The notes: a model not told the origin generated them from the sequence alone. Shown: positions 30,471 to 53,570, counted from the first letter of the stretch. The stretch is DNA of 64,000 nt from Piromyces finnis finn (GCA_002104945.1 MCFH01000012.1:929788-993787); one strand, 5' to 3'. Translations and numbers: made by a program.

Positions 30471-33139
30471 CTACTGTCTATTAATAATTTTGAAGAAAAC
30501 ATTATCATTCTTATAATCCTTTGGAATTTCAAATAATTCATCTGGTAACATATTTACATCCTTTGAGCAATCTAAGGTGGTTAATTGGAAGGCAATAGAT
30601 TGATATAATGGAACACCTACAAGAAAATACATATACCCATTTATTATTATTATTATTATATATTTTTAAATAGAAATATATTATTAAAAATTTTTATTAT
30701 AATTATAAAAAAAATTAAAATTAATAATTAAAAAAAAAAAAAACTTACTTATTTTAACTGGGAAAGAATGTTTATTTTGTGATTTTTCAATGATATCTTG
30801 AGTAATAAATTTATAAGCCATTTTCTCCATATCACTACAATCTTCTTGTGATTTAACTTGATCAAAAAGAAGCATCATAAATAATTCTAAAACTGGTTTA
30901 AGATCAATTGCAGCAATTGGGAAATTACTACTTTCCTTTGCCATCCATAACTTAATCTTATGCTTATAAGCTTTTCTTTCTTCAACAACATTCATAATTC
31001 TTCCCATATGAAGTGGAAGAGTAGAATTTGAATCAAAATATTCTTCTTCAGTTATTTTCTTAAGATTAAGTTTAACAATATCCATATGATTTAAACGTTT
31101 GGTTTTTTCATCATCATTAGTATTTAAAATATTATGTACAACAGCATTGTTATCTTGATAGTATTTATCACAATAGGCTTGTTCCCAATCTAATGTATCT
31201 TCTAATTCTGTTTTCTTTTCATAAGTTTTAGTTTCACCATTTCTATTTACAGTGTAGGTAACTGTGTTATCATCATCAGTCTTTTTGGATTCAACAATAT
31301 TATTTGATTCTTTATTATCTTGAAGAGGTAAGCTTTTAATAGTTGATTCATTTTCATCATCAGAAATATTGGTTTCGTTATCTGAATTACTTGAATCTGA
31401 ATCACTGTCGTCGTCTGAATTGGAAGCTTCTGTATTTTTACGATGAATGGATTCAGTAGAAGAACTACTTCCATTATTTTCATTTTTAATATACTTTGCA
31501 AATGGATTCTTATTGGAATCACCTTTAATATACTTTGTTTTAATAATACTTTCAGATTCACCAATTTTTGCTTCATCATTTCTCTTTTTGATAAAAATGT
31601 TTGCCTTTTTAGCTTTATATTGAGTACATTTATAACTTTTTCCATTTTCTAATTGGAAAGTTTTAGTACTTTTCTTTAAAAGTCCACCCTTTTTTTCTTT
31701 AAAGGTAAATTGAGAAAGATCAAGTTTAAATTTATATAACTTGCTAGCACTTAATTTTGATCTAATAGAATTATCTAAATACCATCTTGGAATATTTGGA
31801 TAAAATTCTTGATATTTCTTTTCATTATGATCGATAATGAAAACCTTGTAAATTCCTAATTTTATATTTTAAAATGTTTTAAAATTTTAGAATAACTGTA
31901 AATATTATTTGATATAAATTAACTTTTTTTTTTTTTCATAAATTTATATTATTAACAAAACTTTTTTTTATCTATTTAAACTTACCAGAAGATTCATCAA
32001 ATTTTAATATAAAAGACATATTTCCTCTAATGACCTTTGGAATACCACTCATATCAAAACCACCAATAGTGAAATCTAATCTAACAGAGTTACCTTTCTT
32101 ATAAAATTGTTCGATATCCTTATAACCAAGTTTTTGTAAAAGTGGAACTTTATATAATTAATTTTTAATTAATAATGAAAAATAATTTTATTATTATTAG
32201 TATTCTTTAAAAATTTTTTTTTTTTTATTTTTTAAACTTACTAGTAGTTCTAATTTTTCCTTTATATTTAACATATAAATTTGGAGTTGTTTTATTCCAT
32301 TCTTCCATTAATCCTCCTGGTCCGGTAATTTTTTCAATAACATTTTTCCATTTATAAAAAGTCATGGTTTCTATAAGATCAGCATTACCTAATCTATTAA
32401 TAATAATAATTAATATTAATAATAATAATTAATAGACCATTAATATTTTAATGATTTATTCATTAATAAATAAAAGAAGGACATTAATATTTTAATGATT
32501 TATTCTATAAAAGAATATAATATATATGTATTCATTGAAATATATATATTTAATATATCAATTACAAATGAATTATACTAATGAATTATATCTATTTGTT
32601 TATTATAATCTATGTCATATTCTTAATAATATAACTTTTACTAATATATTTTTAATATTTTTTTATTTTTATTCAATTCTTTTATTTCATTTTATATATT
32701 ATATTAATATTTCTATTATTTATAATCATTGAGATTTTTTGGTTTTTTGGATATTTTTTCAATTTGAATAGCTTATCAATTTAATTTGCTTTTCACCTTT
32801 TTACTTTTTCATATTACTAAAATACATATAAAAATTCATATTCCATAATTTTTAAATTCCTATAAAAATTATAAAACATGTCAATACTTACAAAGAAGAT
32901 TCATTAAGGGCACTCCAACCAAAAGAATTACGACAAAATATATCACTTCCATTTTGTAATAATATGGAAATACAGCTAAAACGATTTAACATTAAGGCCA
33001 AATGAAGTGGTGAATTTCCATGGTTATCATTTTCATTAATTCGTTCTTTAACTTTCTTATCCATTAATAATTCTCTAAGAGAAACTGCATCATTTCTATA
33101 GATACAGCGGTGAATTGGATATGTTTCTAAGACAGTCAT
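30471..33139 (-). CDS. ANKRD13: ANKRD13-family protein (ankyrin repeats plus GPCR-chaperone/DUF3424 domain)
   Basis: YPIHRCIY, HGNSPLHLALML, GWSALNES, YKKGNSVRLDFTIGGFD, KIKLWMAKESSNFPI, HSFPVKIS|VPLYQ-like exon junction, and C-terminal ELFEIPKDY. This domain order is characteristic of ANKRD13. Confidence 0.8.
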
Positions 33140-33576
33140 GTTTTAAAACCTTTTTAAGAAAAAAATTAATGAAATATAACTTTTTTAGCTTTCTGTAATT
33201 CATATTACATAATAATTTTGTTATGATAACTAGTATTTTAATAATTTTTTTTTTCATTCTATTGAAATTTACCTTTTTTTCTGTAAGAAAAAAAAATGTT
33301 CAAAAGTTTTATGTATTTACAATATACTTAATATAATTATTATTATTATTGGAAAATAAAAAAACTCAACTATACAATTTTTTTTTAAAAGAAGAAAAGA
33401 AAAAATTATCTTCTTTTTATTTTATTATTTATTTCTTTCTATATTTGGATATTATTTTATTTTGTGATTGATTTTTGATTAAAATAGATACAAAAATATA
33501 TTTAATATAAAATTATAATATAAATATTATATATAAATTTTATATTGCCTATTAGATTAATTATTGATAAAAACTA

Positions 33577-33635
33577 TTTTTTATTTATTTATTTATTTAT
33601 TTACTTATTTATTTATTTATATATATATTATTTAC

Positions 33636-33666
<31 letters not shown>

Positions 33667-33676
33667 TATATTATTT

Positions 33677-33712
<36 letters not shown>

Positions 33713-33866
33713 TATATTATTTATTATTTATTTATTTATATATTTATTTGTTTATTATTTATTTATTGATTTATTGATTTATTTATTTATATATTTATAT
33801 ATTTATTTATTTATTTATATATATATTTATTTATTTATTTATATATATATTTATTTATTTATATAT

Positions 33867-33917
<51 letters not shown>

Positions 33918-33918
33918 T
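33577..33918. repeat. Degenerate (TTTA/TATA)n simple repeat
   Basis: Seen directly; it generates the spurious LFIY ORFs. Confidence 0.9.
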
Positions 33919-36006
33919 CAAAATATAAAAAATTAAAAATAAAAAATTTTAATTAATTTTTAATAAAATCTATTATTTTAATTTATTTTAATTAAATGAT
34001 ACAGGCAAATGTATTTCATTGGCCAGAATATAATAAATGTTATTGAAATCTTTGCATTGGCACCAAATATGTAAATATTTAATATATTTTTTATTTATAG
34101 AAAAAAACTTTATATTAAATAAAATTAAAATGACATATTAGAAAAATTAATTAAAATTAAAATTAATCATAATTTTATAAATTTTAAAGTTTGATTTTTA
34201 ATTTAAATTATTCATTTTTATATTAAATTCATTAATAGCTCATATATTAATATTTTTTAACCCGATAGTTAGCATAATTATATGTTATACACTTTATAAA
34301 AAAAGAAGAGTGAATTACCTATAGTATCAATATTTTATTGATAAAAGTAATAATAGTTATTTTATATATAGATCAATAATAGTTATGGATTTGTTCATGA
34401 TGTTATTTTAGTATCCTGGATGCTAATATACTATTATCACTATTTTTTAACTATAAATACCTGTTTAGATTTTCTTTTTATTATAATTTTTTAATCCTCT
34501 GTTTTTTCTATTTAATTATAACATTATTATAAATATAATTCTTTAATCCTCTGGTTTTTCCTTATAACATTATAAATAGTAAGTTCTTCATTTACTAAAA
34601 TAATTTTTAATATTATATAATAAATTTTATAAAATATTCAAAAAGTATTTTATAATTACATATTTTTTATTTCTTTTAAGTTTAATAGAATATTCATCAT
34701 GGATCATCCATAAAAAAAAATTTTATTATAGATAATAAATAATATAAAAGTAGTAATCATTATTGCATAATATTAAACCATGAAAGATTCAACTAAACAA
34801 TTTAAAATATTTTTTCCGTTTATAAATAAAATAGTAATCATATTATCTTAATTATTATATTGCTGACAACACACTTTTATTAATATCACGTTTCCGTATT
34901 TACAAATTACTACAATTATTACTATTATTATCACATCACCAATAAAACGATCTATAATTACTCTAATATTTAACGTATTTAAATGTAATAAATTAGAATG
35001 TTAATGTAATACGTTAAAAATAGATTGTATTAAGAAATTAAGAATTAAAATAATAATAAATGATAATTTAATACAATATATTATTTATATATTATTTATG
35101 ATATATTGTTCATATATTGTAATTAATTTAAATTATGATAAATGCTGTTACACTAACTCAAAACAATTTTTTAAAAAAATGTAATATTATTAAATAAACA
35201 ATAAATTGGTGAAGAAAAAAAAGAGCCTTATCTTTAGTTATTATTATTATTATTATTATTATTATAAAAAATATATATTTTAATACAAAAAAGAGTATTT
35301 AATGAAACTATTGCATAATAATTTATACAAATTTATTATTTATTAAGGAATATAAGCCTATTTAATTTCTATTTATTTTATTGAAAATTATTAATTATTT
35401 AAAAAAAATTATGGTTCATTAATTCTTAAACAATAAATTTAGTAAATTTGGTTTAAAAAAACAAAAAAATTTAAGCCACGAATTAATAAAAAATATTATA
35501 TATTTTTGTTATATTTTAATATAATTATATAATTATAAGCCATAATAAAGAAAAAATGTACTACAAAATTAATTAAAATTTTTATTTTATATATTAAAAA
35601 AATAAAATAAAAATGATAATTAATGTAAAATTACAATACATTTAATTAAAATTAAACTTTAATTATTATTAAAAATTTTATTATTGTCACGTGTATTCAT
35701 TACTATTACACTTAATTTAATGTAAATTCAAAATAAAATATTTTTTGAAATAAAAAAAAAAATGGCTAAAATTTAATATTTTCCTTTTTTTTTTATAAAA
35801 AAATTTTATTGAAGTTCGTAAATCTTGAAGAATTAAAAAAAAAAAGAGTAATTTAAAGCTATTTTTTTTTTTAAATTGCTTTAATATAAGGAAAAGAAAA
35901 ATACAAAAAAGTAAAAAATAAAAAGTTAAAAAAAAAAAAAAAAAACAATAGAAACAAAATAGAACCCAATAAATAAATAAAAAATAAAAAATAAAAAAAA
36001 TAAAAA

Positions 36007-37652
36007 ATGAAATTTACACAATTCATTTCTGCCGCTTTATTTGCTGGTTTATTAAAGGTTAATGCACAAGACTGTGATATTGTTAAAAACATTCTCAGAA
36101 ATTTATATCCAATTGATGAGAATGTTGACTGTTGTTCATATGCATTAAACGATCAATACGCTGTTGGATGTAATGGTGCTGTTGTTACTTCACTGTAAAG
36201 ATTAGTTTAATATATATATATATTTAAAAAAAAAAATACAATAAATATAAAAAGAAAAAAAAATATATGTATTTATCAATAAAATCTCTTTATTATAAAA
36301 ATAGTTCTATTGTCAATAATCCATCTATTATTGAAGTTCCAGCTGACATTACCACTTTAATTAATTTAGAAAGTTTGTAAGTAAAAAAAAATAATTTTAT
36401 GAAAAAAAAGGGATTAAAAAAATTAATCAAAAAAAAATAATTTTATATATGTATTATTAAATAAACTCTATTGTATAAAAATTAAAAATAATAATAACAG
36501 AGATCTTAGTAATTGTAACATTCAACAATTCCCATACAATCTTAAATCCTTATCAAGACTTAAATCACTGTAAGTGAATATACAATACATCACATAAATG
36601 TTTAAAAAATATAAAATAATATTACTTAAAAAAAAATTGTAAAATATATTTTAGTACTCTTTGGAAAAACAGTATTACTGAAGTTACAGAAGAAATTGCT
36701 CAGTTTCCTGCTTTAGAAAAATTGTAAATAAAAAACATTTTAATATTTTATATCAATTTTATTTTCATATAAATCAAAAATGATGATTAAATTGATATAA
36801 TATCTTAATATAATACTTATTAAAAAAAATAGAGATTTAGGTGAAAATGGATTAACATCTCTTCCAGGTTCAATTGGACAATTAGGCAAATTAACCACAT
36901 TGTAAATGTCTTTTTTTTTTAAATTCTATGCCTATACAATATTATTAATGAATTAATGTATATCTAATATATGTATTATATTAATTTTAATAGAAATTTA
37001 TACAGAAACTCACTTACTGCTTTACCAGACTCATTATTTGCACTTATCAATCTTAAGAAATTGTAAGAACTATCTCATTATTGTCATTGTGTTATATTAA
37101 AAAAAAATTTAATTATTCTTATTTACATATCTAAAATGTATAAATAAATATTATAGAAATGTAGAAAGTAACCAAAATTTATCAGGATCATTAATGCCAT
37201 TCAAAAGTGTAGTTGATACTTGTAACATTAAAAATACACATTTATGTATTGAACAAAAAGGTGTTTGCGATAAATACATTACAAACAATACAAGAATGCC
37301 ATACTGTCATCCAGAAAACTTTACTGAGGAAGAATTAGAAGGTGGATCTGATGGTACCTCTGAAAAGAGTGGCAAAAAATCAAATACTGCTATCATTATT
37401 GTTTGTATCATTCTTGCTTTAGTTGTAATCGGTGCCATTGCTGGATTTATGATTTATAAGAAACGTAATAATAATAATACACCACATGAAAAGGAAGAAG
37501 TTAATAATAATGAACAAAACACTACATTAGAAGAAAATCAAAATGAAAATGAGAATGAAAATTCTCAACAAGACAATAGAAATAGTGGAAGTTCAATAAG
37601 TATTGATCCATCTAGTGTTTCAGTTGACATTAAGCCACTTGTTAAGCATTAA
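36007..37652 (+). CDS. Secreted-type LRR, single-pass receptor-like protein (7 exons)
   Basis: Signal peptide MKFTQFISAALFAGLLKVNA, Cys-rich N-cap (DCD...CCSY...VGC), five LRR cassette exons (LxLxxNxLxxLP), Cys-rich C-cap, TM segment (AIIIVCIILALVVIGAIAGFMIY), stop-transfer KKR, and a short E/N-rich cytosolic tail with no kinase domain. Confidence 0.85.
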
Positions 37653-39381
37653 ATTTATTAAACATAGAAATTTGTTTGTTTTATATACATAAAATAGCAA
37701 CAAAAAAATTAATTATGATAATTATAATATAATAAAAAGAAGGAAGGAAAATGGGAACCAAAAGAAAATATATTTATTTTCATATTCATTATTTTTACTC
37801 CTTCTTACACAATATGTATAATATAAATAAACTAGTGTAGTAAAAAAAATAAAATAGAATTTAAAATTTATTTTAATATTATTATAATAATTTATTAAAG
37901 AAAAAGAAAAAATATATATATGTATGTATATATTTTATCTATTTATTTTTTCAAGAAATTATTTAAATAAAACTATCACCAAAAAGAAAATATATATATA
38001 TATATATTAATAATGATAAAGATTTTACAATAAAATAAATTTTAAATAAAGACAGGAAAATATCAATTTAAAATAAAATATGAGTTTAACATTATATTTA
38101 AATTTAAATTAAAAATAACAAAACGCTTTTTGGCAAAAAAAAAAAAAGTTATATTTTATAAATTATAATAAAATGTTTAACAAAATAACAATAAATAAAA
38201 AAAGTTTTTAAAAAAAAAAAAAAGTTAGCAAAACAAAAATCCTAACTATAAATAGGTTAAATAAAAATTTAGTATATATAATAAATATTTAAGACATTAA
38301 AAAGGAATTTATACTGGCATTATTATCAACGTGAGATTTTATCCATAGTTCATGATAAGAAAAAATATATATATATTATGATAATCTTGAAGAAATTATA
38401 ATTATAAATCTTTTATAAATATAGTTAAACCTCTATTAAAAAATGAAATGGTATTCAATTATACTTTTACATTAAATATTAATATTATTATTAATTTTTG
38501 TAGAATTTTTCTTGTTAAATAGATGAATATTGTTAAAAAATAATACATTATTATTATCTTAATTATAAATAAAAAAAAAAAAGTCTTTTTATATCATTAA
38601 TTATAATTTCTACAATTAGTATTTGTTACTGTGTGACATTTAGAATTAGCATTAAAATTAGCATTAAAATGAAATAAAACTTTATCATTTTTACAAAAGA
38701 TATTAACGTAAATGAAAAAAAAAAAAAAAGGCAATTGAAGAATTATCAATTTTAATTTTTTGCAATTTATCAAGTAGATTCTTTTCATAATAAAATATTA
38801 TAAAAATTCCAGAAGGAATGAAAAAAATAATAACAAATTTATAATATTATTTTGTTAATTTTTGCAATATAAACAATTAATTATAACTATTGAATAATTA
38901 TTTACTGAAAACTTATAAAATTATTAATTTGTTCATACTATGAAACTAAATATATATATATTTAATTTTTAAATACTATATTTTTATAATTTATATTTTA
39001 AAAGAATTGTAAAATTAAATATTCAATGCCAACATTTTTCTTTTCTCTTTTTTCTTTTTTTTTTTTTTTTTTTTTTTTTTGCTTATATATATACAAATTG
39101 ACTACTCTACGAATATTAGTAACTGTAGAACTCTTATCCCTATTATTATAAATGCTATTTTTAACCAAGAAAAAAAAAGTTCTTATAAAGGATATATAAT
39201 AAATTAAAACTCAGAAAATAGTAAAGATTCAAAAATAATAAAAAAAAAAAAATTAAAATAAATGAAATAAATAACAAAGGATGAATGGGATACTTAAATT
39301 TGATTATCGATAAAGATACCTTTTTAATTATATAATATAAACTTATTCTAATAACATAATAATTTATTTCAATACCAAACT

Positions 39382-39412
<31 letters not shown>

Positions 39413-39766
39413 AATCCAAAAAATATAATATATTTATACAAATACAAAAATGTTGATTATAAAAAACTTTTTTATATTAAATAAAATTTAACAATTTTAA
39501 TAATTTTAAAGTTTATTGAAATTAATTTATTTTAATTTATTTTGTTTTTTTGTTTTGTTTTAAAATTCATTATATTTATTCAATTACCTACACATTTTAC
39601 TACTAAATTTTAAAACTATTTAGTTTTTGATAAAAATTAAGTATTTTATATTTTATATAAAAAAAATTAAAAAAATAAAAAAAATAAGTCATATATATAT
39701 AAAATGAATATATAATATAAATAATATTCCTATTTTTTTTAATATTATTATAAAGTTTAAATAAAA

Positions 39767-47415
<7,649 letters not shown>

Positions 47416-47943
47416 ATTTTAAATACCAAATATATATATTATTAATTATATTTAATTACTAAATAGCGAAATAATATATAATATTTAAATAATATATAGT
47501 AAATGTATATATTATATTTAATCCAAAATAAAAACTACATTTAAATATAAAAGTAATAGACAAATATAAATATATTAAAAAAAAAAGGATAATTTTCTAA
47601 AGATTGAAACTTGTTAATAAGTTTTATAATTTTTTTTATCGTATTGTAATGATTATTCTTCGTTTTCTTTTATTCTTATTTTGTTTTATTTTGTTTTATT
47701 TTATATATTGTTTAAATTATGTTGGAATTATAGTTTGTCTGCTTGTTTTTTTTTTTTTTTTTCTGATTTTACTTCATTTTAATTTATTATAATTAATATT
47801 TTATAAAGAAAAAAGAACATATGTTGAAAATATATGAAATAAGTAAACATATAAAAAAGTATATACATTATTTTATATTGTATGAATTAACATGGGATAT
47901 AAATATTTATTATTTTTAAAAAAGTTAAATGATAGTAATTTCT

Positions 47944-49490
47944 TTAACTGGTATATAATGAGGATAAAGCTAATCCACCAAATAAGAATTTCCAACTTTG
48001 TGGATAAATCCATTTAATATCTAATAGTATTATTTTGTAAAAATAATAGGAATACTTAATAACTCGGTTTTATTAAAATAATATAAAAAAAAAATTTTTT
48101 TTTTCTTGATTTATTTAACAATTACATATTATAATTTATAATTTATAATTTATAGGTTACCATTTTTATTTATAGCTTTTCCAACCTCTTTTGAAAGAAG
48201 ATAAGCATCAGCAACATTATCACCTTCAACAGTAAACCACATCATGAAAAGTAAAGGAATTTGACCATTTTGACACATTTCATAAAATTTATAAGCAAAG
48301 CCACAACCTGGAAGTAATGGACTTGGAGTATTATCAGTAAATTCTGGAGCAGATGAAAAACCATTACCATTATCAATTTCAATAGCTGAAGTGTAAGTAT
48401 CATAGCTACTATTTTCTTTCAAATCATTTGGGTGAATTTCAATTTTATTCCATTCTAAAGAATCAATGTGACCATTGAAATCTAAAACCTGCTTTAAGGC
48501 GTCTGTTCTCATAATCTTTAAACGATTACTTTTAGTGAAAAATTTATTTATATTAATTCATTATAATACAAATTATAAATTGAAAAATTGCATCAGTTAG
48601 TATTACCATAAAATAAATATATAATTTTATATTCTATAATTAATTAAAAATTTATATCAATACCTTTCTATTAATTTATCATTTCCTCTTGAAGCATCAG
48701 CACCAGAAAGAAGTACAACATATCTAAAGTTGATTGTTTTTATCCATTCAAATAAATCTTTAATCATTTCATTACCCTTTTTCTATTATTTAAAATAACG
48801 TTTTGGTAATGGAAAAAGATACATGATAATTAATAACAAGTTTATTTTAAAAATATAAATTAAATCATGATTCAATATAAAAGATAATTACTGTAATAAC
48901 TGGTGAACGAATTTGAATAACTGAAATGCTGTTATCTTCATTTTGATAAACTGGGTTTTTTTAAATTAAATTATAAAAAGTTTAATGTTAATGTAACAAA
49001 GTTTTTAACTTTTTATACATATTATATATATAGGAAGTAAAATGAATTGACAAACTTTCAATATTTGTAGCTAAAAAATTAGAGTTATTTCCATATGGAT
49101 CATTTCCAATAATTGGTAATAAATATGGAGAATCAAAATAACCAACACGTTTTAAATTTAATGATGTAATTAAAAGATCAATTGTTAATTGCCCAATATT
49201 TGCAATGTTATTTAATGCTGGCTAAAAGATATAAATAGCAAAATTTAATTTATAATGAAATAATGTTAAAAAGATATATATATATATATTAATAATAAAT
49301 TATTATAAAATTAAAAAATGTTTATATATATAGATATATTAATATATTATATTAATTATATCTTTTATAATTGCTGTTATAGTTAAATGTATAATACATT
49401 TAATTTATTATTTAAAATTCATACCAAAATTAGGGTAGAATTACATAATTTTGAAGTATCAAAATCTGATTTTGGAAAAAAAGTTAACAT
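47944..49490 (-). CDS. PSMG2: Proteasome assembly chaperone 2 (PAC2), multi-exon
   Basis: Spliced product: MLTFFPKSDFDTSKLCNSTLILPALNNIANIGQLTIDLLITSLNLKRVGYFDSPYLLPIIGNDPY...VIQIRSP...VVLLSGADA...LPGCGF...FTVEGDNVADA...WIYPQSWKFLFG. All PAC2 hallmark motifs are in order, with GT-AG introns. Confidence 0.88.
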
Positions 49491-52400
49491 TTTTACGAAT
49501 AATATGTTTTTAAATTAACTAATATTATTAAAAGTTTTAAAGCCGATATTTATTGATGTTAAATAGTAAAAATTTTAGGAAAGATAATTTTGAATTATTT
49601 TGTTATATCCATTTTCCATCATTAATGAAGATATAAATTAAAATTAAATTAAAATACACATAAAAATTATTTTTATTTAATATATTTTATAGGTTAGTAT
49701 TGCACTTTCTTATACACTCATTTATATAAATTCAACTATCCATTACTATACCTTTAATAATTATTTATGTTTTAAGAAATAAAATAATTTAATATTTTAT
49801 TTTAATTATTTATTTTTAAATTAAATTGTAATTTAAACAAATTTTAATTTTAATTTCTTAGCTGAAATAGCCAATTAAAATAAAATACTAATTTAAAAAA
49901 AAGAAAAAGAAAAAATGATATTTTAAATTAAATATAAAAAACCAACCTCATCATAAATATTAGTTCATGAAAGGTAAATAGTTTTTCAAATTTACAATTA
50001 AAGCATTAATTGATATTAATAGCATTATTTAAAATTACAATTTAAATAAAAGAAGTAGTTGTATTTCTATTTTCATTTTTATTTATACTGTTAGCTTTAT
50101 ATTTTAAAAAAGATTTTATAATCCTTTAACAATATTTAAAAAAAAAATTATAATTATTAATAATGTTAAATAAATATTGATTAAATAAAAAAATGTATGT
50201 TTTTTAAAAAAAAGTTCATTACATTATAAAATAAAATTAAAATAATAGTCATTCTTATTATTCTTGTTATTTTTATTACTACTGCTGTTGTTGTGTTAGT
50301 ATCAAAATAAGATTTTTTTTAAAAAAATAAACCTAACCTTTGTTAATATGTCTTTTTAAAATTAAAAATTTACTTTTAACCCTTTCAATTCTTTCAATTC
50401 TTCCTTTAATAAATTCATTAGAAATAATAGTATTAAGAAAAGAAAACCATTTCATCATTAAAATATCGTATGTTTAAATAAATAATACCCAAACAATTAA
50501 TGATTAATAATAACTAATATTTAATAAATTTAAATTAAAAAGTCATAATCCTAAAACAAAATCAAAAACAAACTCAAAATAACTAATAATGCTATTAATA
50601 ATAGAAATTTTGGTAACTAAAATTGTTAACTATTTTATTCAAATTATATAATAATTCTACTTATATCTATTAAAATTAAAGCGTTATACTCATTCTTTTT
50701 CTTTGTATTCTTATTTTATTAGCATTTCATTAAAATTTTAATAACATTGAAAGGCTTTATATATACTTGTTTTATTTGAAATAATGATTTAAAAGAAATC
50801 CATAATTATATATAATTAAAATTATTTCAACAAATATTTTGAATATAATTCATTGAATACTAATTTCAACAGTTTTTATCATGTTAGGTATAGTCTTTAT
50901 TAATTACAAATTTTTACTTATTTTATCATAACTTTGGGTAGATGTATTTAAAAACATAGTTTTTATCCATCTTACTATAAAAATTTAAAGGGTTAAACTG
51001 GTGTTTAAAATTTGATATTAACTTAAGGGTTAGAAAAACCAAATTATTAATATAAAGGTTAGTTTATATTTCATATAAAATTAATCAACTAATATATACG
51101 TTAATGTTTTATTGTATATATGAATTCTACATGATGTAAAGGAATTTAAAAAACTTTTATAATGTGATTGGCTTGCATGAGGAGAATAAAATTTCATTTC
51201 ATCATTCTTGAAAAAAGGTTTGATGGAATTTCATAAAAGTTTTATGGTGATGAAGGAAAAAATCAATATAGCGAATATTAATAAAGTATGGAATGTAAAA
51301 AAATCTTACCATGAAAATAATAAATTTTTAATACTATTTCATGGTGGAAATAGCTATGAAATATAATAAAGTTAACGAACTAAATAAATACCTATAGTTA
51401 TAATAATAAATAAATGAATGCTTAAATAAGATATAACTAATTAACTAATAGATATGAATAAGTGAATGAATACAAAGGTATAATAGTAAATTCTAAAAAT
51501 ATATTAAAATTAGATATATTTTTAGAAATAATATTTTATAGCAGCATTTCATGATATACTCAACGACTATGATCCTTTTAATTCTTTTATATAATTCATT
51601 TTGTTATAAATTTTGTTACAAAGTGTGACGCTATTACTATTAAATATAATAAAATCTAGTCTTTTTACATAATAGCAAAAGAGGATCTTTTTAATATTTA
51701 AAATGATTATTTATTAATTTCATCTTTGTAATTTTATAAATCCTAGCCATAGCTAATGAATACATAATCCTATTTTATTATTGTTATATTAGTAATTTTT
51801 ATAATAATAAAATATAAGCCACTAAAATTTCATTACTCATCCACTCTTTTTATTATATCTTTTTTCTACATTCTCCTACATTATGTGGTATAAATTGTAT
51901 CAATTGCTATACTAATTGACGATCCATTATCCAAGTTGAAATTAATTTCTAATAATAAAATTTATATTTAGATTAGTTTTATGATAAAAATATGAATATT
52001 ATTTTAATATAATTAATATATAAAACCATATATTATTTTATATTACATGTACCTACATTAATTACATTATAGAATTCTTTCTGAAATATTCCAAATAAAA
52101 TTTTTATTATATTTTAATATATTCTAATATATTATGTGATTAATATTACCATTTTAATGTACAATACATCTTTTTTTATTAAATCATTAAAAGTATTTAC
52201 ATATATATTAAATGTACTATCTAAATTTGATTTCGCAATAAAAAATTTTTTTCAAGTTTTATTCTTATTGGATCTATGGATGATCAATTTTTTCCTTTAA
52301 TAGTTCAATATATTAATTATATTACCAAATATATTAGTTTATATTATAAATGATTCAGTCGAAATTGTAGAATAATACATAGAGCAGGAATTAATGAAAA

Positions 52401-53229
52401 TGATCAATTTTTTATAATAGGATATAAGGAACAAATCATTTTTTTAGTTGATAATTTTTTACATCCGAATTCCAAATTAACCAATAAAAAACAAGAAAAT
52501 GAAATTTACACTATTTCAATATAGCATATTAAATATTAATATATTTTAAATACTATTATAATATATTCTTATATATTAATATAGTTATATCAAAAGCAAT
52601 AATATAATTAAAAATGTAATAATGAAAATAAGCAATATGAATTATCATTATCTTTGGAAAAATTTTAATCTTTTATTTAATAAAAAAAAGAGGTTACATT
52701 TTTATCTGGTATGATAACCAACACAAAAATAAAGCATTAGCAACATTTTTAGGTGAAACAATTCATGCATTAAAAAAAAAGCATTCTTTAATAATAATTA
52801 ATAAATATTTTTTTAATTCTATTTTTTAAGAGAATAGTATATTTTTTTTTATAAAGATGCTTGTTATTTTATAATATTACATGCATAATATTCATTTTAT
52901 AATTAATACTTAGTCGTCTATAATATATACATAATATATTATATTTGTATAATATTAATTTTTTCAAGATGTAATTTTTTATTATTATTTTTAAATTTGA
53001 TACTCAATTTCTAGCAACAAAATCAATTATTATTTTTAATTATTATTCACGTTATATGATAGGAGGAAAAAATAGTTTTTATTATGACTTCATTTTTATA
53101 TTGAAAAATATATTATAATATATTAATTATTATTTTACTTTCTTTCGTCATACTAATGATGAATAAATTCTAACCCACATAACTATTTTATTATATGACT
53201 AAAAATATGAAAAAGGAAGGAATAAAGCA

Positions 53230-53570
53230 ATACTAATACTTTTTACTATTCTAGCATTTTATGAATGTCTGTAATAACAAGTGTTTTTCTATATTACTAT
53301 GTTTTTGGTTGCAATATTCATCTTTTATCATTGCTATTGTTCTTTTCAATAGTCTGTTAAAAATTTAATTTATAATTGCACTCTTCTCCATCAAATTAAT
53401 GAATTATATTAGGTATAATAAGTGCGCTAATAATGAATCCTAATAATCATTTTGATAATAATGGTTATAGGAATAAGAATAGTAATAAATCATCATAATT
53501 AGGTAGATTCATTAATTTTTTAAAATTATTAAAGGGTTCTCCATTTTCTTGTATAATAGAAAAACTATAT
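53230..53570 (-). pseudogene. Possible decayed coding remnant of unknown family
   Basis: One frame reads protein-like for about 100 codons (QENGEPFNNFKKLMNLPNYDD...GFIISALIIPNII.FDGEECNYKLNF...YRKTLVITDIHKML) but has about 7 stop codons. GC is locally higher than the flanks. Confidence 0.25.

Noticed and set aside
38590-38690. Signal-peptide-like MIKFYFILMLILMLILNVTQ on the minus strand
   Set aside because: It stops after 20 codons and no downstream exon could be linked; hydrophobicity follows from AT richness.
51325-51365. LILFHGGNS (hydrolase-like) or NTISWWK (hAT-like) motifs
   Set aside because: Two incompatible readings of the same few bases, surrounded by stops, with no supporting context.
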